DNA of 64,000 bases from a phage. How positions within the stretch are numbered: the stretch's first letter is position 1; the number at the start of each line of letters is the position of its first letter. The position numbers and the translations under genes are program-made. Below the pieces are notes generated by a model. That model searched no databases, had not been told where the DNA came from, and saw only the letters and a list, made by a program, of their open reading frames with translations. Where the stretch lies: the sequence record PZ179882.1. One strand, written 5' to 3'. Positions 57,411 through 64,000 of this stretch are shown in pieces.

Positions 57411-59393
57411 ATGGCAAATACCCCTGTAAATTATCAATTAACAAGAACAGCAAATGCTATTCCCGAGATATTCGTCGGGGGTACATTTGCTGAAATAAAA
57501 CAAAACCTCATTGAATGGCTTAATGGTCAAAATGAATTTTTGGATTATGATTTTGAAGGCTCAAGATTAAACGTTCTGTGCGACCTTTTGGCTTATAATA
57601 CATTGTACATTCAACAGTTTGGTAATGCTGCCGTGTATGAAAGCTTTATGCGTACTGCTAACTTACGTAGTTCAGTAGTTCAAGCGGCACAAGATAATGG
57701 ATATTTACCTACTTCAAAATCAGCTGCTCAAACTGAAATTATGCTAACTTGTATAGATGCATTGAATAGAAATTACATTACTATTCCTCGCGGTACTCGC
57801 TTTTTAGCATATGCAAAGGATACTTCTGTTAATCCTTATAACTTTGTCTCTACTGAAGATGTTATTGCTATTCGTGATAAAAATAACCAGTATTTTCCAC
57901 GTTTAAAATTAGCTCAAGGACGTATAGTAAGAACTGAAATCATTTACGATAAATTAACACCTATTATCATTTATGACAAAAATATAGATAGAAACCAAGT
58001 TAAACTATACGTTGATGGAGCAGAATGGATTAACTGGACAAGAAAGTCAATGGTTCATGCTGGTTCTACATCAACAATTTACTACATGCGTGAAACTATT
58101 GATGGAAATACTGAATTTTATTTTGGTGAAGGTGAGATTTCTGTTAACGCGGCAGAAGGAGCATTGACCGCTAATTATATTGGAGGTCTTAAACCTACCC
58201 AGAACTCTACGATTGTTATTGAGTACATCAGTACTAACGGTGCAGATGCGAATGGTGCAGTCGGATTTTCATACGCAGATACATTAACAAATATAACTGT
58301 CATCAATATTAATGAAAACCCAAACGATGACCCAGATTTTGTTGGGGCAGATGGCGGCGGTGACCCAGAAGATATTGAACGTATTCGCGAATTGGGTACT
58401 ATTAAACGTGAAACCCAACAACGCTGCGTAACTGCGACTGATTATGATACATTCGTTTCAGAAAGATTCGGTTCTATTATTCAAGCGGTTCAGACTTTCA
58501 CTGATTCTACTAAACCTGGTTATGCATTTATTGCTGCTAAACCTAAATCAGGACTATATTTAACTACTGTACAACGTGAAGATATTAAAAATTATCTAAA
58601 AGATTATAATTTAGCTCCTATTACACCATCAATTATTTCTCCTAATTATCTTTTTGTTAAGACTAATTTAAAAGTCACATATGCTTTAAATAAGCTGCAA
58701 GAATCCGAACAGTGGCTCGAAGGTCAAATAATTGATAAAATTGATCGTTATTATACCGAAGACGTAGAAATTTTTAATTCATCTTTCGCTAAATCTAAGA
58801 TGTTGACATATGTAGATGATGCAGATCATTCTATCATTGGCTCATCCGCGACAATTCAAATGGTACGTGAAGTACAAAACTTCTATAAAACGCCTGAAGC
58901 GGGTATTAAATACAATAATCAAATAAAAGATCGTTCTATGGAATCTAATACGTTTTCATTTAATTCTGGACGAAAAGTTGTAAATCCTGATACTGGTTTA
59001 GAAGAAGATGTATTATATGACGTTCGTATAGTATCAACAGACCGAGATTCTAAAGGAATTGGCAAAGTTATTATTGGTCCATTTGCTTCTGGCGATGTTA
59101 CAGAAAATGAAAACATTCAGCCATATACAGGCAATGATTTTAATAAATTAGCAAGTTCCGATGGACGTGACAAATACTATGTTATCGGTGAAATAAATTA
59201 CCCAGCTGACATGATTTATTGGAATATCGCTAAAATTAATTTAACATCCGATAAATTTGAGGTTCAGACTATTGAGCTATATTCTGATCCAATAGACGAT
59301 GTTATTTTCACGCGCGATGGTTCACTGATTGTATTTGAAAATGATTTACGTCCACAATACTTAACTATCGATTTGGAGCCTATATCACAATGA
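57411..59393 (+). CDS. 6: baseplate wedge protein gp6
   Basis: 660 aa; size and order as in T4. Confidence 0.9.
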   Translation: MANTPVNYQLTRTANAIPEIFVGGTFAEIKQNLIEWLNGQNEFLDYDFEGSRLNVLCDLLAYNTLYIQQFGNAAVYESFMRTANLRSSVVQAAQDNGYLPTSKSAAQTEIMLTCIDALNRNYITIPRGTRFLAYAKDTSVNPYNFVSTEDVIAIRDKNNQYFPRLKLAQGRIVRTEIIYDKLTPIIIYDKNIDRNQVKLYVDGAEWINWTRKSMVHAGSTSTIYYMRETIDGNTEFYFGEGEISVNAAEGALTANYIGGLKPTQNSTIVIEYISTNGADANGAVGFSYADTLTNITVININENPNDDPDFVGADGGGDPEDIERIRELGTIKRETQQRCVTATDYDTFVSERFGSIIQAVQTFTDSTKPGYAFIAAKPKSGLYLTTVQREDIKNYLKDYNLAPITPSIISPNYLFVKTNLKVTYALNKLQESEQWLEGQIIDKIDRYYTEDVEIFNSSFAKSKMLTYVDDADHSIIGSSATIQMVREVQNFYKTPEAGIKYNNQIKDRSMESNTFSFNSGRKVVNPDTGLEEDVLYDVRIVSTDRDSKGIGKVIIGPFASGDVTENENIQPYTGNDFNKLASSDGRDKYYVIGEINYPADMIYWNIAKINLTSDKFEVQTIELYSDPIDDVIFTRDGSLIVFENDLRPQYLTIDLEPISQ

Positions 59394-62300
59394 CAGTAAA
59401 AGCACCTTCAGTTACTAGTCTCAGAATTTCCAAGTTATCCGCAAATCAGGTGCAAGTACGCTGGGATGACGTTGGTGCTAATTTCTACTATTTTGTAGAA
59501 ATCGCTGAGACAAAAACAAACTCGGGAGAAAATCTCCCGAGCAATCAATACAGATGGATTAACTTAGGATATACTGCAAATAACAGCTTCTTTTTTGATA
59601 ATGCTAATCCATTGACATCGTACATTATTAGAGTAGCTACAGCTGCACAGGATTTTGAGCAGTCTGATTGGATTTATACCGAAGAGTTTGAAACTTTTGC
59701 TACAAACGCTTATACATTTCAAAACATGATTGAAATGCAATTAGCTAATAAATTCATTCAGGAAAAATTTACTCTTAATAATTCTGACTATGTTAATTTT
59801 AATAATGATACTATAATGGCTGCATTGATGAATGAATCATTCCAATTCAGCCCATCATATGCTGATGTTTCATCAATAAGTAATTTTATTATTGGTGAAA
59901 ATGAGTATCATGAAATACAAGGTTCTATTCAGCAAGTATGTAAGGATATTAATCGAGTTTATTTGATGGAATCAGAAGGGATTCTATATCTTTTTGAGCG
60001 TTATCAACCTGTAGTTAAAGTATCTAATGATAAAGGACAAACCTGGAAAGCCGTAAAGCTCTTCAATGATCGTGTAGGATATCCTTTATCTAAGACTGTA
60101 TATTACCAATCTGCAAACACAACATACGTTCTAGGATACGACAAGATTTTCTACGGCCGCAAATCTACTGATGTTAGATGGTCAGCTGATGATGTTAGAT
60201 TTAGTTCGCAGGATATAACATTTGCTAAACTTGGAGATCAACTTCATTTGGGATTTGATGTTGAAATATTTGGTACTTATGCTACATTACCAGCGAATGT
60301 ATACCGCATTGCAGAAGCTATTACTTGCACTGATGATTACATTTACGTTGTCGCCAGAGACAAAGTTAGATACATAAAAACGAGTAATGCGCCCATAGAT
60401 TCTGACCCATTATCTCCAACATATTCGGAAAGACTTTTTGAACCTGATACAATGACTATAACCGGAAATCCTAAAGCAGTATGCTATAAAATGGATTCTA
60501 TCGGTGATAAAGTTTTTGCTCTTATTGTTGGAGAAGTTGAAACATTAAATGCTAATCCTAGAACATCAAAAATAATTGATTCTGCTGATAAAGGAATATA
60601 TGTTTTAAATCATGGCACGAAAACATGGAAAAGAGTTTTTGGCAACACTGAAGAAGAAAGAAGACGTATTCAACCTGGATATGCGAATATGTCAACTGAT
60701 GGTAAATTAGTTTCTCTGTCTTCGAGTAATTTTAAATTTTTAAGTGATAACATTGTTAATGACCCTGAAACTGTGGTGAAATATCAGTTAATCGGTGCTG
60801 TTAAATATGAATTTCCTCGTGAATGGTTAGCTGATAAGCATTATCATATGATGGCATTTATAGCAGATGAAAAGTCTGATTGGGAAACTTTTACGCCTCA
60901 GCCAATGAAATACTATGCAGAACCATTCTTTAACTGGTCTAAAAAGTCTAATACACGGTGCTGGATAAACAACTCTAATAGAGCTGTAGTAGTTTATGCT
61001 GATTTAAAATACACTAAAGTTATAGAAAATATTCCGGAAACATCACCAGATAGATTAGTTCATGAATACTGGGATGATGGTGATTGTACGATAGTAATGC
61101 CAAATGTTAAATTCACGGGATTTAAAAAATATGCGTCTGGGATGCTTTTTTATAAATCTTCTGGTGAAATAATTTCTTATTATGATTTTAACTATCGTGT
61201 GAGAGATACAGTAGAAATTATTTGGAAGCCGACTGGAGTATTTTTAAAAGCATTTTTACAAAACCAAGAGCATGAGACTCCTTGGTCGCCAGAAGAAGAG
61301 CATGGATTAGCTGACCCTGATTTAAGACCATTAATTGGCACAATGATGCCTGATTCTTATTTACTACAAGATTCGAATTTTGAGGCATTTTGCGAAGCAT
61401 ATATTCAATATCTTTCTGATGGATATGGAACTCAGTATAATAATTTACGAAATTTAATTCGTAACCAATATCCGCGAGAAGAGCATGCATGGGAATATTT
61501 GTGGTCAGAGATATATAAAAGAAACATTTATTTAAATGCTGATAAACGTGATGCTGTTGCAAGATTTTTTGAATCACGTAGCTATGATTTTTATTCTACT
61601 AAAGGAATTGAAGCATCATACAAATTTCTTTTTAAAGTTCTTTATAATGAAGAAGTTGAAATTGAAATTGAATCTGGGGCTGGTACTGAATATGATATAA
61701 TCGTTCAATCTGATTCTTTGACTGAAGATTTAGTAGGACAAACGATTTATACTGCTACAGGAAGATGTAATGTTACTTATATAGAAAGAAGCTATTCCAA
61801 TGGCAAATTGCAATGGACCGTAACTATTCATAATCTTTTGGGAAGATTAATTGCCGGTCAAGAAGTTAAAGCAGAAAGACTCCCTAGTTTCGAAGGCGAA
61901 ATTATTCGCGGGGTTAAAGGAAAGGATTTGCTTCAAAATAATATAGACTATATTAATAGAAGTAGATCATATTATGTAATGAAAATTAAATCAAATTTAC
62001 CTTCTTCCCGCTGGAAATCTGACGTTATTCGTTTTGTTCATCCAGTAGGATTTGGATTTATAGCAATTACTCTTTTAACAATGTTTATTAATGTCGGTTT
62101 AACTCTTAAACATACAGAGACTATAATTAATAAATACAAAAACTACAAATGGGATTCTGGATTGCCTACTGAATATGCTGATAGAGTAGCTAAATTAACT
62201 CCAACCGGTGAAATTGAGCATGACTCAGTTACAGGCGAAGCAATTTATGAACCTGGCCCAATGGCTGGTGTAAAATATCCTCTTCCTGATGACTATAATG

Positions 62301-62488
62301 CTGAAAATAGTAATTCAATATTTCAAGGTCAATTGCCTTCTGAACGACGCAAGTTAATGAGTCCTCTATTTGACGCATCTGGAACAACATTTGCACAGTT
62401 TAGGGATTTAGTTAATAAACGTCTAAAAGATAATATAGGAAATCCAAGAGACCCTGAAAATCCAACACAGGTTAAAATAGATGAATGA
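59390..62488 (+). CDS. 7: baseplate wedge protein gp7
   Basis: 1032 aa; size and order as in T4. Confidence 0.9.
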   Translation: MTVKAPSVTSLRISKLSANQVQVRWDDVGANFYYFVEIAETKTNSGENLPSNQYRWINLGYTANNSFFFDNANPLTSYIIRVATAAQDFEQSDWIYTEEFETFATNAYTFQNMIEMQLANKFIQEKFTLNNSDYVNFNNDTIMAALMNESFQFSPSYADVSSISNFIIGENEYHEIQGSIQQVCKDINRVYLMESEGILYLFERYQPVVKVSNDKGQTWKAVKLFNDRVGYPLSKTVYYQSANTTYVLGYDKIFYGRKSTDVRWSADDVRFSSQDITFAKLGDQLHLGFDVEIFGTYATLPANVYRIAEAITCTDDYIYVVARDKVRYIKTSNAPIDSDPLSPTYSERLFEPDTMTITGNPKAVCYKMDSIGDKVFALIVGEVETLNANPRTSKIIDSADKGIYVLNHGTKTWKRVFGNTEEERRRIQPGYANMSTDGKLVSLSSSNFKFLSDNIVNDPETVVKYQLIGAVKYEFPREWLADKHYHMMAFIADEKSDWETFTPQPMKYYAEPFFNWSKKSNTRCWINNSNRAVVVYADLKYTKVIENIPETSPDRLVHEYWDDGDCTIVMPNVKFTGFKKYASGMLFYKSSGEIISYYDFNYRVRDTVEIIWKPTGVFLKAFLQNQEHETPWSPEEEHGLADPDLRPLIGTMMPDSYLLQDSNFEAFCEAYIQYLSDGYGTQYNNLRNLIRNQYPREEHAWEYLWSEIYKRNIYLNADKRDAVARFFESRSYDFYSTKGIEASYKFLFKVLYNEEVEIEIESGAGTEYDIIVQSDSLTEDLVGQTIYTATGRCNVTYIERSYSNGKLQWTVTIHNLLGRLIAGQEVKAERLPSFEGEIIRGVKGKDLLQNNIDYINRSRSYYVMKIKSNLPSSRWKSDVIRFVHPVGFGFIAITLLTMFINVGLTLKHTETIINKYKNYKWDSGLPTEYADRVAKLTPTGEIEHDSVTGEAIYEPGPMAGVKYPLPDDYNAENSNSIFQGQLPSERRKLMSPLFDASGTTFAQFRDLVNKRLKDNIGNPRDPENPTQVKIDE

Positions 62489-63485
62489 TTCAAGTGTTAT
62501 CTATCGTGCGATAGTTACTTCAAAATTTAGAACAGAAAAAATGTTGAATTTTTATAATTCAATTGGGAGTGGTCCGGATAAAAACACTATCTTTATCACA
62601 TTTGGAAGATCAGAACCGTGGTCATCAAATGAAAATGAGGTGGGCTTTGCTCCACCTTATCCAACTGATTCTGTATTGGGTGTAACTGACATGTGGACTC
62701 ATATGATGGGAACCGTAAAGGTTCTTCCATCTATGCTTGATGCGGTTATTCCTCGTAGAGATTGGGGAGATACTAGATATCCGGATCCATACACATTTAG
62801 AATTAACGATATTGTAGTATGTAACTCAGCTCCTTACAATGCTACTGAATCAGGCGCAGGATGGCTAGTATATCGTTGTTTAGATGTTCCTGACACAGGA
62901 ACATGCTCAATAACATCTTTGACTGACAAGGATGAATGTATTAAGTTAGGTGGAAAATGGACTCCTTCTGTTAGGTCAATGACTCCTCCTGAAGGTCGAG
63001 GAGACGCGGAAGGAACAATCGAACCTGGAGACGGATATGTTTGGGAATATCTTTTTGAGATTCCGCCTGATGTATCTATAAATAGATGCACAAATGAATA
63101 TATCGTAGTTCCTTGGCCTGAGGAATTAAAAGAAGACCCAACTAGATGGGGGTATGAAGATAATCTCACTTGGCAACAAGATGATTTTGGATTAATTTAC
63201 CGTGTTAAGGCAAATACTATTCGTTTTAAAGCATACTTAGATTCAGTTTATTTTCCTGAAGCTGCATTGCCAGGAAATAAAGGATTTAGACAAATATCGA
63301 TAATCACGAATCCTCTTGAAGCTAAAGTTCATCCAAATGACCCAAACGTTAAAGCTGAAAAGGATTACTATGATCCGGAAGATTTAATGAGGCATTCGGG
63401 CGAAATGATTTATATGGAAAATAGGCCACCTATTATCATGGCAATGGATCAAACAGAAGAAATCAATATTCTGTTTACATTTTAA
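62481..63485 (+). CDS. 8: baseplate wedge protein gp8
   Basis: 334 aa; size and order as in T4. Confidence 0.9.
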   Translation: MNDSSVIYRAIVTSKFRTEKMLNFYNSIGSGPDKNTIFITFGRSEPWSSNENEVGFAPPYPTDSVLGVTDMWTHMMGTVKVLPSMLDAVIPRRDWGDTRYPDPYTFRINDIVVCNSAPYNATESGAGWLVYRCLDVPDTGTCSITSLTDKDECIKLGGKWTPSVRSMTPPEGRGDAEGTIEPGDGYVWEYLFEIPPDVSINRCTNEYIVVPWPEELKEDPTRWGYEDNLTWQQDDFGLIYRVKANTIRFKAYLDSVYFPEAALPGNKGFRQISIITNPLEAKVHPNDPNVKAEKDYYDPEDLMRHSGEMIYMENRPPIIMAMDQTEEINILFTF

Positions 63486-63488
63486 ATT

Positions 63489-63514
63489 AAGGGAGCCCAT
63501 AGGCTCCCTTTTTT
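63489..63514 (+). terminator. intrinsic terminator after gene 8
   Basis: gggagcccataggctccc followed by TTTTTTC. Confidence 0.6.
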
Positions 63515-63517
63515 CTT

Positions 63518-63525
63518 TATAAATA
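63518..63525 (+). promoter_or_regulatory. late promoter (TATAAATA) for gene 9
   Basis: Exact TATAAATA about 25 nt upstream of the gene 9 ATG. Confidence 0.65.
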
Positions 63526-63549
63526 CTATAAACTCATAAGGAAACCGCT

Positions 63550-64000
63550 ATGTTCATTCAAGAACCAAAGAAATTGATTGATACCGGCGAAATTGGTAAC
63601 GCTTCTACTGGTGATATCTTATTCGACGGTGGTAATAAAATTAATAGTGATTTTAACGCAATTTATAATGCGTTTGGCGATCAGCGCAAAATGGCAGTAG
63701 CAAATGGCACTGGTGCTGACGGCCAAATTATCCATGCTACTGGATATTATCAAAAGCATTCTATCATAGAGTACGCAACTCCGGTGAAAGTTGGTACTAG
63801 ACATGATATTGATACCTCTACTGTAGGTGTTAAAGTTATCATTGAAAGAGGCGAACTTGGCGACTGCGTTGAATTTATTAACTCAAATGGATCAATATCA
63901 GTTACTAATCCTTTAACGATTCAAGCTATTGATTCAATTAAAGGTGTTTCGGGTAATTTGGTAGTAACTAGCCCATATAGTAAAGTTACTTTACGTTGTA
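63550..64000 (+). CDS. 9: baseplate wedge / tail fibre socket gp9, N-terminal part (runs off the window end)
   Basis: Translation MFIQEPKKLIDTGEIGNASTGDILFDGGNKINSDFNAIYNAFGDQR matches recalled T4 gp9. Confidence 0.85.
   Translation, partial: MFIQEPKKLIDTGEIGNASTGDILFDGGNKINSDFNAIYNAFGDQRKMAVANGTGADGQIIHATGYYQKHSIIEYATPVKVGTRHDIDTSTVGVKVIIERGELGDCVEFINSNGSISVTNPLTIQAIDSIKGVSGNLVVTSPYSKVTLRC

Overview
This window is a contiguous segment of a T4-like (T-even, Tequatrovirus-type) myovirus genome, running from the 5' part of uvsX to the 5' part of baseplate gene 9. All calls rest on reading the sequence and recalling T4 protein sequences and gene order; no database search was run. Positions 1 to about 53.3 kb are almost entirely minus-strand early and middle genes in canonical T4 order: uvsX, a DNA glycosyltransferase, 42, imm, 43, regA, 62, 44, 45, rpbA, 46, 47, a-gt, 55, nrdH, nrdG, nrdD, 49, pin, nrdC and a long run of small accessory ORFs, rI, tk, vs, regB, denV, ipII, e, nudE, internal-protein genes, a 10-gene tRNA cluster, 57B, 57A, 1, 3, 2, 4. 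From 53.4 kb the plus-strand late baseplate genes begin: 53, 5, a Seg-like GIY-YIG gene, 5.1-like, 5.4, 6, 7, 8, 9. The phage is close to T4 but not T4 itself: denV is diverged, nrdD has no intron, the glycosyltransferase next to gene 42 is not the 351-aa T4 beta-gt, ipIII is not between ipII and e, and the tRNA set differs. Regulatory signals readable by eye include many T4-type early promoters (GTTTAC at -35, TATAAT-like at -10) on the minus strand, late promoters (TATAAATA), CUUCGG tetraloop hairpins and intrinsic terminators. I did not find a clearly new multi-gene defence or anti-defence system. The most interesting leads are the remodelled tRNA island with an adjacent HNH endonuclease, a roughly 300-nt structured non-coding region, two Seg-like GIY-YIG genes, an internal-protein gene array, and a partial duplication of the pin 3' end.
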